A stretch of DNA of 64,000 nucleotides from Candidatus Latescibacterota bacterium (GTDB taxonomy: Bacteria; Latescibacterota; UBA2968): contig OZ241986.1 in the NCBI GenBank assembly GCA_965204375.1, positions 6,144,001 to 6,208,000 on the forward strand. The letters are read 5' to 3'. Under the pieces are notes generated by a model. It did no database searches and was not told where the DNA came from. It worked only from the letters and a program-made list of their open reading frames with translations. Shown here in pieces: positions 50,720-60,067 of the stretch (the stretch's first letter is position 1; each line of letters starts with the position of its first letter). A program made the translations under genes and the position numbers.

Positions 50720-51242
50720 CTGGGATTTCCTTTTTTTCTGGCGTTGCCTTTTCCTCTGATGCTTTCTTTTTGGGTAACAGGACCTCTAATGCGTCAATGA
50801 TGGCTTTCCCATCGGATAAACCGGCTTCTCGCAATACAATTTCCCTGTCTGGCGCAATGAGGATTGTGGTGGGCAGGGCGCGAACTTGCATGCGTTTCAT
50901 AACCGATCCATCGGCGTCAATGGCGATTGGAAATGTGATGTTGCGCCCTCGCAGAAATGGGCGAATACGATTTTGACCACGGGGTCCATCTTCGTTTACG
51001 CCGAGAACGGTGAGTCCTCTGTCGGCGTATTTGGCGTGGATTTCTTCGAGCTTGGGCATTGCTTTGATGCAGGGTTTGCACCATGTGGCCCAGAAGTCGA
51101 GTAACACAGGACCTTTTTCGAGGAGCGCGGTTAATTGTACCCGTTCGCCACTGAGGCCCGGCAGGTTGAAATCAGGGGCTTCGGTTGCGCGGACAGATGA
51201 TGCAATGAGAAGGCAGAGCGATAATGCGAGAATTTTTTTCAT
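50706..51242 (-). CDS. TlpA/ResA-family thiol-disulfide oxidoreductase
   Basis: Signal peptide, DFWATWCKPC, ALPTT. Confidence 0.9.
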   Translation of the reverse strand: MKKILALSLCLLIASSVRATEAPDFNLPGLSGERVQLTALLEKGPVLLDFWATWCKPCIKAMPKLEEIHAKYADRGLTVLGVNEDGPRGQNRIRPFLRGRNITFPIAIDADGSVMKRMQVRALPTTILIAPDREIVLREAGLSDGKAIIDALEVLLPKKKASEEKATPEKKEIPDESK

Positions 51243-51257
51243 GAGATAACCTCTTGG

Positions 51258-51306
51258 GAAGTGTGAAGTGAGAAGTGTGAAGTGAGAAGTGTGAAGTGAG
51301 AAGTAG
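51258..51306. repeat. Heptamer array GAAGTGT/GAAGTGA x7 (14-bp period)
   Basis: Direct reading, upstream of the TlpA start. Confidence 0.9.
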
Positions 51307-51480
51307 CCGATCTTTGTATGTTATACGTAAAGGCGGTGCCTATGTTCCCACTTGTTAAAGGACGGGCAGCTAATATAAAATATAACAAAGAGGGTCAAAA
51401 AACAATGGTGTAAAGGTGGGATGTAGGGTTATTTTGTTTGGTCCATCAGACCAGAGAATACTGCAAAATCCCAGGAGAGA

Positions 51481-52719
51481 ATGAACATGCGTTCGCTCCA
51501 TGTGCAAATCCTCAGCGCGTTGATCCTCGGCGCAATAAGTGGCCTGCTGTTAGGTGAATCCGTTCTCCACTTTGCCTTTTTGGGGACCCTTTTCCTCAAG
51601 GGTCTTAAAATGATTATTGTCCCCTTGATCGTCACCTCCATTGTTTCCGGGGTGGTCGGCATAGGTCAGGTCGGTCATTTTGGACGCCTGAGTGCTCAGA
51701 CTTTTACCTATTACCTGAGCTCCAGCTTGTTGTCCATTATTACTGGCCTGGTATTGGTCAATGCCATAAGTCCAGGCAAGGGAGCGCAGTTGCATTTGCA
51801 AGCTCCTCCTGAACAATTGGCCCATTCTATAGCTCAATTCGGCGACGGTCCCAAAGCCGCCCTTGAGCGGATGTTGTTGGATATGGTGCCGGATAATGTA
51901 TTCAAGGCCATGGCTGAAGGTCAGATTTTGCCCGTGATCGTCTTTTGCTTTCTTCTCGGTTTTGCCATCATCCGCTTGCCCGATCCGCACCAGAAGCGTC
52001 TGTGTGGGTTTTTCCAATCGGCTTTCGAGGCCATGATGCAATTGACCCATTTTATTATTCGTCTGGCACCCATCGGCATTTTTGCCCTGGTCGCCAAAGT
52101 CGTTGGTACTACCGGTCTGTCAATTTTTGTCGATTTGGGGTTGTACGCCCTCACTGTCTTTGCTGGTCTGGTCGTCCACGCGGCGATTATCTTGCCGCTC
52201 GTGCTCTATTTTGTGGGTGGCATATCGCCTCTGGCTCTCCTTCGCGCCATGAGTCCGGCTCTTCTCACTGCTTTTTCTACCAGTTCTTCTTCGGCGACCT
52301 TGCCCATTACCATTGAATCGCTGGAACAACGCGCTGGCGTTTCCAATCGCACCACCAGTTTTGTTGCGCCGCTGGGTGCCACCATCAATATGGATGGTAC
52401 AGCCCTGTTCGAATGTGTCGCCGCCCTGTTTATTGCTCAAGCCTATGGGGTTGATCTGGGCTTTACCCAGCAATTTCTGGTTGTTCTTACTGCTTTGTTG
52501 GCCTCTATCGGCGCGGCTGGCATTCCTATGACAGGCCTGGTGATGCTTTCTATTGTTCTGTCCTCTGTGGGGCTGCCTCTGGAGGGGATCGGACTGATTA
52601 TAGCTGTGGATCGCATTCTGGACATGTGTCGCACCACGGTCAATGTCTGGAGCGATTCGTGTGGCACTGCCCTGATAGCCCGCCGCCAGGGCGAAAACGC
52701 GCTTGTAGCAAAACACTGA
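51481..52719 (+). CDS. Dicarboxylate/amino acid:cation symporter (GltP family)
   Basis: AFSTSSSSATLP, GATINMDG, DRILDMCRT. Confidence 0.93.
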   Translation: MNMRSLHVQILSALILGAISGLLLGESVLHFAFLGTLFLKGLKMIIVPLIVTSIVSGVVGIGQVGHFGRLSAQTFTYYLSSSLLSIITGLVLVNAISPGKGAQLHLQAPPEQLAHSIAQFGDGPKAALERMLLDMVPDNVFKAMAEGQILPVIVFCFLLGFAIIRLPDPHQKRLCGFFQSAFEAMMQLTHFIIRLAPIGIFALVAKVVGTTGLSIFVDLGLYALTVFAGLVVHAAIILPLVLYFVGGISPLALLRAMSPALLTAFSTSSSSATLPITIESLEQRAGVSNRTTSFVAPLGATINMDGTALFECVAALFIAQAYGVDLGFTQQFLVVLTALLASIGAAGIPMTGLVMLSIVLSSVGLPLEGIGLIIAVDRILDMCRTTVNVWSDSCGTALIARRQGENALVAKH

Positions 52720-52741
52720 CACTTACTTTTGGAGGTTTGTT

Positions 52742-53791
52742 ATGGTTTCGATAGGTATTATTGGATTGGGATTTATGGGTATGACGCATTACCGGGGGAT
52801 TCGGAGTGTGCGTGGAGGTAAGGTGGCTGCGATATGTACGCGCAATCCCAAAAAGCGGGCGGGAGATTGGCGGGGTTTGGGCGGCAATTTTGGAGAGCCT
52901 GGGAGGGTGGAAGATCTTTCGGGTATTCGCACGTATGAGAAGATTGATGATTTGCTATTAGACGCTTCAATTGATCTGGTCGATATTTGTTTGCCGACGT
53001 CGCAACACTGCGAGGTTGCGATTGCTGCGATGCGCGCGGGCAAGCATGTGCTGGTCGAAAAGCCCATTGCGCTGAGTCTGGAGGATGCCGACCGCATGGT
53101 GCGGGTTTCCGAAGAGACGGGAAGGTTGATGATGGTGGCACAGGTTTTGCCCTTTTTCCCGGAGTTTGCCTATCTCAAGCAGGTGGTCGATGGCGGAGAA
53201 TACGGCAATGTGCTCGGCGCGCATTTTAAGCGCGTTATTTCGCAGCCTAACTGGACATCGGCTTTTGGCAATATGGAAAAGAGCGGGGGACCCGGCGTCG
53301 ATTTGCATATTCACGATACGCATTATATCCTGGTGTTGCTCGGTCGGCCAGATCGGGTGGTGTCTTCGGGCAGGCTGGTGCGAGATCGGTATGTGGAATA
53401 TATTTCGACGAGTTATCAATACGACAGCCAGCCGGATTTGTGCGTGACGTGTGCTTCTGGTGCTATCTCTCAGCAGGGCAGGGCGTTTACGCACGGGTTT
53501 GAGGTTTATATGGAGCACGCTACGGTGCTTTTCGAGTTTGCGACTCTGGGGGGCAAGCCGGTTGTGACGATGCCCGTGACTTTGTTGACGGATGACGGTG
53601 AGGTGCGAGAACCGGATTTGGGCGATGCCGATCCCGTTGTGGCATTTACCAACGAGATTCAAGCTGCGGTAGATGCTGTGGAAAGCGGGGAGGTTGCCAG
53701 AGAGATTTCTGGTGAAAGTGCCGCTGATGCATTGCGTCTGTGCTTCATGGAGGTTGAGTCGGTAAAACGCAGGCAGGCAGTGGTGGTGTGA
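52742..53791 (+). CDS. Gfo/Idh/MocA-family oxidoreductase
   Basis: GIIGLGFMG, VEKP, DLHIHD. Confidence 0.9.
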   Translation: MVSIGIIGLGFMGMTHYRGIRSVRGGKVAAICTRNPKKRAGDWRGLGGNFGEPGRVEDLSGIRTYEKIDDLLLDASIDLVDICLPTSQHCEVAIAAMRAGKHVLVEKPIALSLEDADRMVRVSEETGRLMMVAQVLPFFPEFAYLKQVVDGGEYGNVLGAHFKRVISQPNWTSAFGNMEKSGGPGVDLHIHDTHYILVLLGRPDRVVSSGRLVRDRYVEYISTSYQYDSQPDLCVTCASGAISQQGRAFTHGFEVYMEHATVLFEFATLGGKPVVTMPVTLLTDDGEVREPDLGDADPVVAFTNEIQAAVDAVESGEVAREISGESAADALRLCFMEVESVKRRQAVVV

Positions 53792-53820
53792 AGAGAGGCG
53801 CGTTCGGCTATGCAAAAAAT

Positions 53821-53844
53821 AGGGCGAACCCACAGGTCCGCCCT
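53821..53844. repeat. REP-like hairpin between convergent genes
   Basis: AGGGCG-AACC-CACA-GGTC-CGCCCT. Confidence 0.45.
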
Positions 53845-53868
53845 TGCGATTGACGATCGCTTATACTT

Positions 53869-55407
53869 TTAACGCATTCTCACCTCTGCAACAGGTGTTC
53901 CCGCTGCCCCGTCGAGCATGAGACTGCTCGCTCTGGCAAGGGTGGCGGATATGTTTTCGAGGCTTTGGCCGTCAAAGGATTGACCGCCAATGATTTTGGG
54001 ACTGATGATGAGTGCCTGGGCAGCAGGTTGATCGAATAGGGCGAATGTCACGCCGCTGCCATAGCGTGCCATAGCGCTTATTGTGTCGTGCAATTGCGAG
54101 ATGGTCTGGGTAGAGACATCGCCGGCTTTCATTTCGATGAAGACAATATCGGGGAGTGCGGCATCCATGGCTTTTTGCGCGATCTCGATGATGAATGCGC
54201 TGTCGAGTTTGCGGCTTTCTTCGCTGTCCATCAATACGCCGGATACCAGTCGCCCAAACGCCTCATCTTTGATAATTTTTTTGAGTTTGAGAGCTTCCGG
54301 GGTCAGCTTGGGTTTGACTATGCGGTCGATATACCGCTGCGATTTGCCCTGTTTTATAGCTGTGCCGAGTTGTTCTTCTATGGTGTCTGCGATTTTTTCG
54401 AGGCTGGGTGCGTTGACGGTAGAAGGGCTGTATCTGGTACCATAGCCCTTGGTTTTGCTAACTATGGGAGGGATTTCTTTTTCCCCGGACTGATAGAAAG
54501 CCAGTGTGCGCGTATGGGTTTTGTCCTCGACGGCTTTGTTGTGATATTCAAATAGCGAAGGGATTTTGAGATTTTTGCCTTTGATTGCATTGGGTGAAGC
54601 CGTTTGAACGGTGGTCATCCAATCACGCGATTTTTTGCCGTAGTCGATATTGTTAAATAATGCCCCTCTGTAAGTCAGATAGGCGGGGATATTCGATCCG
54701 GGTCCCGATCCGGTGATTGCAATGATGATCAGCCCTTTGGGCAAGCCCTGGTCTGATAGGACAAAAGATTCGAAAGCGTGTTCGAGCATGGCGTATTGAG
54801 CAGGTGTAAAGTCGGTGATATTCAGACTGGGACCTCCGCGTCCACCACCGCGTGTTCCTTGTTGCCCCTGGCGTCCCTGTCCACCGCCGCGTGCTCCTTG
54901 TCCTCGTCGGCCTCCCTGTCCACCGCCGCGTACTCCTTGTCCCTGACGCTCTTGTCCACCGCCGCGTGCTCCTTGTCCTCGTCGGCCTCCCTGTCTGCCG
55001 CCCTGCAGTGCCTGAAATTCGCGCAAGATATTGCCGAATACTGCGTTAAATTCCTGGCGGTCAGTGTTGAGGATTTTGCGAAAAAAGAGTTCGAGTTGCT
55101 GGTGGCGAACGGGAAATAGATCGTCCCATTTTTTAGCCTGATCGAGTATGTACATCTGTATGGGGGCTGGCATTTGGTTGAGAATCTGCGCGTTGGCTTC
55201 GAGGAGTTTTTGGGCATCCCAGGGGTATTCGGCAAATTGTCTGCGTTGCTGGGGGCTCAAATCTGCGCGTCCACCACCGCCACCGCCGCGTCCACCGCCG
55301 CCGCGTCCACCACCGCCACCACCGCGCTGTGCGTAAATATCTGACAGGTCCATGGCGCATAGTGCTGTGCCAATCAGTAAGATCGATAGCCATCTTGATG
55401 GTCGCAT
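53869..55407 (-). CDS. Secreted RGG-repeat protein with degenerate alkaline-phosphatase/sulfatase-like C-terminal domain
   Basis: RBS CAGGAGG, signal peptide, two Gly/Arg/Gln tracts, PDIVFIEM and SLENISATLA...GTPVAEV. Confidence 0.6.
   Translation of the reverse strand: MRPSRWLSILLIGTALCAMDLSDIYAQRGGGGGGRGGGGRGGGGGGRADLSPQQRRQFAEYPWDAQKLLEANAQILNQMPAPIQMYILDQAKKWDDLFPVRHQQLELFFRKILNTDRQEFNAVFGNILREFQALQGGRQGGRRGQGARGGGQERQGQGVRGGGQGGRRGQGARGGGQGRQGQQGTRGGGRGGPSLNITDFTPAQYAMLEHAFESFVLSDQGLPKGLIIIAITGSGPGSNIPAYLTYRGALFNNIDYGKKSRDWMTTVQTASPNAIKGKNLKIPSLFEYHNKAVEDKTHTRTLAFYQSGEKEIPPIVSKTKGYGTRYSPSTVNAPSLEKIADTIEEQLGTAIKQGKSQRYIDRIVKPKLTPEALKLKKIIKDEAFGRLVSGVLMDSEESRKLDSAFIIEIAQKAMDAALPDIVFIEMKAGDVSTQTISQLHDTISAMARYGSGVTFALFDQPAAQALIISPKIIGGQSFDGQSLENISATLARASSLMLDGAAGTPVAEVRMR
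54835..55003 (-). repeat. Coding tandem repeat, about 36-39 bp x4 (GGRRGQGARGGGQ-like)
   Basis: CCACCGCCGCGTGCTCCTTGTCCTCGTCGGCCTCCCTGT occurs twice, with two variant units. Confidence 0.85.
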
Positions 55408-55451
55408 GATTGCCTCCTGTGTGAAGAGATGACGCGTTTTCATACATCGTT

Positions 55452-56228
55452 TCAAAGATTTTTGTCGAGCCAGTCCAGGACGGTTGTCCACGCGTTGCCC
55501 TGGGCGAGCAAATCGAGTCCATGTCCCGTTCCCTGATAGCCGATTACGGCAGTAACCCCCCGGGTCAATTCAGACATGTTTTGGGATGAGGTGTAGGCAT
55601 ATCCATCGCCAAAAGCTGCGAGATAGAGAATGTTGCGGGGTGCAAAACCGGGCATATTGGTGCCAATGAGAATTTCCTGAGCCTGATTTTCGCGAAAGCT
55701 GGGCGAAACAGATACGGTTGCTTTGATATCGGGATACAGACCCGCGCTTACAAAGGCGATGTTGGCACCGATGTCTGTACCGATGACGCCGATGCGGTTG
55801 GGGTCGGCTTCTGAGCGGGTTTTGAGAAATGCAATTGCAGCGACGACGTCAAGCGGCATCTGGTTGAAGTCATCAAAGGAAAAGTTCTGGATTGTGACGG
55901 GTTGTCCATTGCGAAAGATGCTGTTGCCATGTCCGCGCAGGTCAAAGGCGAGTGCCAGATAGCCCCGCTCGGCAACGAGTTCGGGAACAAAGTCCGCCCA
56001 CTGAACGTGGTTTTCATTAAATGGGTGGAGCAGGATGACCGCGGGGCGAGGTGCGGGATGATTGGGAGAAGAAAAGAGCGTGCCAAATAACAGAAATCCG
56101 TCTGGTGTTTGAAATTGCACGGGTTCCAGACGCGCGTGTTGGGCGGTGAGTTCAGGTTCCGTAGGCGTCGGTGTGGTGTTGCCGCCGCATCCGATTAAAA
56201 ATATTGCGATCCAAAGGTATTGGCGCAT
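55452..56228 (-). CDS. Alpha/beta hydrolase lipoprotein with GxDxG elbow
   Basis: Lipobox LIGC, FDLRGHG, IGTDIG, GTGHG. Confidence 0.8.
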   Translation of the reverse strand: MRQYLWIAIFLIGCGGNTTPTPTEPELTAQHARLEPVQFQTPDGFLLFGTLFSSPNHPAPRPAVILLHPFNENHVQWADFVPELVAERGYLALAFDLRGHGNSIFRNGQPVTIQNFSFDDFNQMPLDVVAAIAFLKTRSEADPNRIGVIGTDIGANIAFVSAGLYPDIKATVSVSPSFRENQAQEILIGTNMPGFAPRNILYLAAFGDGYAYTSSQNMSELTRGVTAVIGYQGTGHGLDLLAQGNAWTTVLDWLDKNL

Positions 56229-56362
56229 GATATTATCCTTTGAGCTGTTTTATTTTTGACTATTGTAGATAAATGTTTGTTCCTCAGAATAAAAGGAACA
56301 TAAGGCAATTGAATTAGAATAGCAAGCGAGCAAGTAAGCATACCTTATTTTAAGGAGGAAAG

Positions 56363-56533
56363 ATGCCAGATTTTACGCGCTACGATTTGATTCTGATGGC
56401 GATTACCGGAGGACTTTTTATCGTGGGATTGTGGTGTACGATTTTTGCCTTTCTCTATGGATTTATGAAGCGATTAGATCAGGTTATTTTGCTGTTGCAG
56501 CAGGCGAATCGAGATGCCGATGCGGATTCTTAA
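56363..56533 (+). CDS. Small membrane protein (56 aa, absent from the ORF track)
   Basis: SD TAAGGAGG; MPDFTRYDLILMAITGGLFIVGLWCTIFAFLYGFMKRLDQVILLLQQANRDADADS. Confidence 0.7.
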   Translation: MPDFTRYDLILMAITGGLFIVGLWCTIFAFLYGFMKRLDQVILLLQQANRDADADS

Positions 56534-56620
56534 GAACGTTGCTAATTTCACTTTGGGCGTTTATATTGGACAAACGATTCCTGTTTTAACCTTATATCGA
56601 GAGAGTGAAGTGAGCGTTCT

Positions 56621-56863
56621 ATGCTAACTACATATATCCAATCAGCTATGAAACACGCAAGATACGAGATTCTCGATGACCAAACGTTTTATGGAGAAAT
56701 TGTGGGCTTTCAAGGCGTGTATGCCAATGCGGATACTTTAGAAATGTGTCGCGAGGAATTGCAGGCCGTGCTCGAAGGTTGGATCATTCTCGGCTTGAGG
56801 ATGGGACATCCTCTTCCGGAAGTGGATGGGGTGCGTTTGGATGCTGTATTGGAGTCCGTGTAA
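56621..56863 (+). CDS. hicB: HicB-family antitoxin (short)
   Basis: YGEIVGFQGVYANADTLEMCREEL...GHPLP. Confidence 0.82.
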   Translation: MLTTYIQSAMKHARYEILDDQTFYGEIVGFQGVYANADTLEMCREELQAVLEGWIILGLRMGHPLPEVDGVRLDAVLESV

Positions 56864-57081
56864 TGCCCAAATTGGGGCCAATTAGTCGCCGCAATCTAAT
56901 TCGCTATTTGAGACAACTGGGATTTGAAGGTCCGTATCCTGGAGGCAAGCATCATTATATGATTCGAGAAACAACACGTCTTGCCATTCCCAATCCGCAT
57001 CGAGGTGATATCGATCGTGGGCTTTTGCTCAGGATTTTGCAGCAAGCGGATATCAGTCGGGCAATTTGGGAAAGCCTGTAG
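56863..57081 (+). CDS. hicA: HicA-family toxin
   Basis: MPKLGPISRR, LGFEG, GGKH, IPNPH, ILQQA; TAATG overlap. Confidence 0.85.
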   Translation: MPKLGPISRRNLIRYLRQLGFEGPYPGGKHHYMIRETTRLAIPNPHRGDIDRGLLLRILQQADISRAIWESL

Positions 57082-57127
57082 CACGTCAATAAAATTTTCA
57101 ATAAAAACAAATTTGAAAGGACACTGA

Positions 57128-58525
57128 ATGAGCAAACCGAATATTTTGATGATTATAACTGATCAACAGCGGTGGGATGCGCTGAGTTGTGTGAGCGATT
57201 GGCTGGAGACGCCCAATATGGACCGCATTGCGGCAGAGGGCGTGCGGTTTTCAAATTGCGTGACCAATTCCCCGGTGTGTATTCCAACGCGGTTGAGTCT
57301 GGCTACCGGGCATTATCCGCACAATACAGGGGTGTGGGATAATCAGAACCACACGTTGTCGCCAGATTGTCCAACGTGGATGCAGGCGGTGCGCGATGCG
57401 GGGTATCGCACGAGTCTGTTTGGCAAGACGCATTTACACCCGCACGGGGGCGATTTGAGGGATCGCGAGCATTTGATGCACAGTTATGGGCTTGATGATG
57501 TGGATGAAATCGGCGGGCCGAGGGCGAGTGCGCGGTGTCTGTCGTATATGACGGCGATGTGGGAAGAGAAGGGGTTGTGGGATGCGTATCAGGCAGATTT
57601 CGAGGAGCGTTTTAGCAATAAGCCCTGGGTGACGCGGCCATCGACATTGCCTTTTGAGGATTATGCGGATGTGTATGTGGGGCAGCAGGCGAAGAAGTAC
57701 CTGGCGGGGTATGACCGCGATCAACCCTGGTTCTGCTGGGTGAGTTTTGGGGGGCCACACGAACCGTGGGATACGCCAGAACCCCATTATAGCCGGTACA
57801 ATCCGGAAGATATGCCCGATCCAGTTGCGGCGCCAGATGATGGCCGCGAGCGCCCACGGGGTTTGTTGGACGCCAAGCAAAAGATACCGTTTGAACTGGG
57901 GGAAGAGAAATTGTTGCGCGCAAATTACGCGGGCAATGTCACGTTGATCGACGATCAGATTGGCGAGATTTTCGATGTGATTGAACAGCGCGGCGAGATG
58001 GATAATACGGTCGTTGTGCTGACGTCGGATCACGGCGAGATGAATGGGGATTATGGTTTTATTTATAAGAGCAATCTCTTAAATGGCGCGGTGCGGGTTC
58101 CCCTGCTGATTCGCACGCCCGGGACGGCGAGTAGCGAGGTTGCTGGTTCTGTGTGTGACAGTCCGATTGAGTGGTTTGATGTGGGACCGACGCTGGTCGA
58201 GCTTGCAGGTGGTGAACTGAATTTCAGACAGTTTGCCAAATCGGCCTGTCCCGTTCTGGAAGATCCGACGCGAGAACACCGCACAGAGGCGATATCTGAA
58301 TACGGTGGGGAGATTATGCTGTTGAATCGCGAATGGAAAATCGTGTTGAATCGCGAAGGGCAGCCCTATTTGCTTTTCAATGTGCAAGAAGATCCCGATG
58401 AGGTGAATAATCTCGCGGGTTTGCCCGAGATGGCCGAGGTTGAAAATCAGTTGCGCCTGCGGATTCTTGACCGCGTGGCTTCGTCACAGGTTTTGTCGGG
58501 GGCGCATTTTGCGTTGGGGACATGA
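57128..58525 (+). CDS. Sulfatase (S1, Cys-type)
   Basis: PNILMIITDQQR, CIPTR, GKTH, SDHGE. Confidence 0.92.
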   Translation: MSKPNILMIITDQQRWDALSCVSDWLETPNMDRIAAEGVRFSNCVTNSPVCIPTRLSLATGHYPHNTGVWDNQNHTLSPDCPTWMQAVRDAGYRTSLFGKTHLHPHGGDLRDREHLMHSYGLDDVDEIGGPRASARCLSYMTAMWEEKGLWDAYQADFEERFSNKPWVTRPSTLPFEDYADVYVGQQAKKYLAGYDRDQPWFCWVSFGGPHEPWDTPEPHYSRYNPEDMPDPVAAPDDGRERPRGLLDAKQKIPFELGEEKLLRANYAGNVTLIDDQIGEIFDVIEQRGEMDNTVVVLTSDHGEMNGDYGFIYKSNLLNGAVRVPLLIRTPGTASSEVAGSVCDSPIEWFDVGPTLVELAGGELNFRQFAKSACPVLEDPTREHRTEAISEYGGEIMLLNREWKIVLNREGQPYLLFNVQEDPDEVNNLAGLPEMAEVENQLRLRILDRVASSQVLSGAHFALGT

Positions 58526-58534
58526 GGAGGCAGG

Positions 58535-60028
58535 ATGTTTGAGGGTAAGCCGCATATTATTTTTGTGATTACCGATCAGCAACGGTTTGATACCATTCAC
58601 GCCTGGGGATATGATTACATGGTGACGCCCACGCTGGATCGGCTCGCGCGTGAGAGTGTGTCGTTTCGGCAGGCGTATTGTCCCGGGGCGACCTGTGTGG
58701 CGTCGCGGGCGGCGATTTTTACGGGTATGTACCCGCATACGACGGGCGTTTATAGTTTTGATCATTGGGCGAATCACCGCAACTGGGTGCAGGATTTGTC
58801 GGATGCGGGCTACTATTGCGTGAATATTGGCAAGATGCACCTGACGCCGCGCGATATTCCCGGTGGTTTTCACGAGCGCGTTATTGTGGAAAATCCCACG
58901 AATAAGGCGCTGGACGGTGGTGGGGCAGATGACGATTGGGGCAGGTACATGACGTTTCACAATGTGAAACGGCCCAATGACCGCAATAAGGCAGATTCCG
59001 AATGGCTCAACAAATGTCAGGGGGTTGTGTGGCATGAAGAGGAGCGGTTTCACAGCGATGTGTTTATCGGCAATTCCGCGTTGAACTGGATTCACAATCA
59101 CCGGGGCGATAATCCGCTGTTTTTACAGATCGGATTTACGGGACCTCACGAGCCATGGGATCCCTTGCCGCGGCATCTGGATCTGTATCGCGATCGAGAA
59201 ATGCCGCCGTGTGTGAAGCGCGATGGAGAGTTGGAGGAGAAGCCGCCGCAACATGCGGCGCATCTGGAGATGCACGCGACGACTGATCACGAATCGCAAA
59301 TCGATTTGCGCGGGCGCACAGATGATGAACTCGCCGAGATGAAGCGGCATTATTACGGAAATATTTCGACGGTTGATGAAAAGCTGGGCGAGATTATGGA
59401 TGCCCTGCAAGCGCGGGGGTGGTTGGAGAATAGTTTGTTGATTTTTTGTTCGGATCACGGCGAGATGCTGGGCGATCACGGGTTGGCGTATAAGTGGTTG
59501 ATGTACGATCCGATTGTGCATATTCCGCTGATGATTCGCACGCCACAGTCTGTTGATCGGCCCAGCGAAACGCGCGATCTGGTTTCGCTTATGGATCTGG
59601 GTCCGACGATTTTAGAGGCTGCGGGGATAGCTGTTCCGACCTATTTAGAGGGCCGCTCTCTGATGCCGTATTTGAATGGGGAGACGCCCGGGCCTCGGAA
59701 ATACGTTTTTTGCGAGGATAACTATCAGATTATGATGCGGTCACAGACCCATAAGATGGTGTATTATATCGGGCAAGCAGGAGGCGAGTTGTATGATTTA
59801 GATCGGGATCCCGGAGAGTTGTGGAATGTTTGGGATAGGTCTGAATACGCCGATGTGAAAGGCGAGATGTTCGCGGATTTGCTCAGTTGGATGGCGTCGA
59901 GCAATTATTACAATGCCGGATACAAACGTCAGCGCAGCAAGCAATACAGCATGCGATGGCCCTCGGAAAACGACGCGTATTTGCACGGGCGCAAAAGCCA
60001 GCCAAAACCCCGGACTGTCGATTTGTAG
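58535..60028 (+). CDS. Sulfatase (S1, CxAxR variant)
   Basis: ITDQQR, CVASR, GKMH, PH, SDHGE. Confidence 0.9.
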   Translation: MFEGKPHIIFVITDQQRFDTIHAWGYDYMVTPTLDRLARESVSFRQAYCPGATCVASRAAIFTGMYPHTTGVYSFDHWANHRNWVQDLSDAGYYCVNIGKMHLTPRDIPGGFHERVIVENPTNKALDGGGADDDWGRYMTFHNVKRPNDRNKADSEWLNKCQGVVWHEEERFHSDVFIGNSALNWIHNHRGDNPLFLQIGFTGPHEPWDPLPRHLDLYRDREMPPCVKRDGELEEKPPQHAAHLEMHATTDHESQIDLRGRTDDELAEMKRHYYGNISTVDEKLGEIMDALQARGWLENSLLIFCSDHGEMLGDHGLAYKWLMYDPIVHIPLMIRTPQSVDRPSETRDLVSLMDLGPTILEAAGIAVPTYLEGRSLMPYLNGETPGPRKYVFCEDNYQIMMRSQTHKMVYYIGQAGGELYDLDRDPGELWNVWDRSEYADVKGEMFADLLSWMASSNYYNAGYKRQRSKQYSMRWPSENDAYLHGRKSQPKPRTVDL

Positions 60029-60067
60029 AGGTAGTTGCTCGTGAAATGGTCGGAAGTTATTGCAAAA

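Noticed and set aside
56621-57081. hicB-before-hicA order with a short HicB
   Set aside because: A known, common variant of HicAB loci
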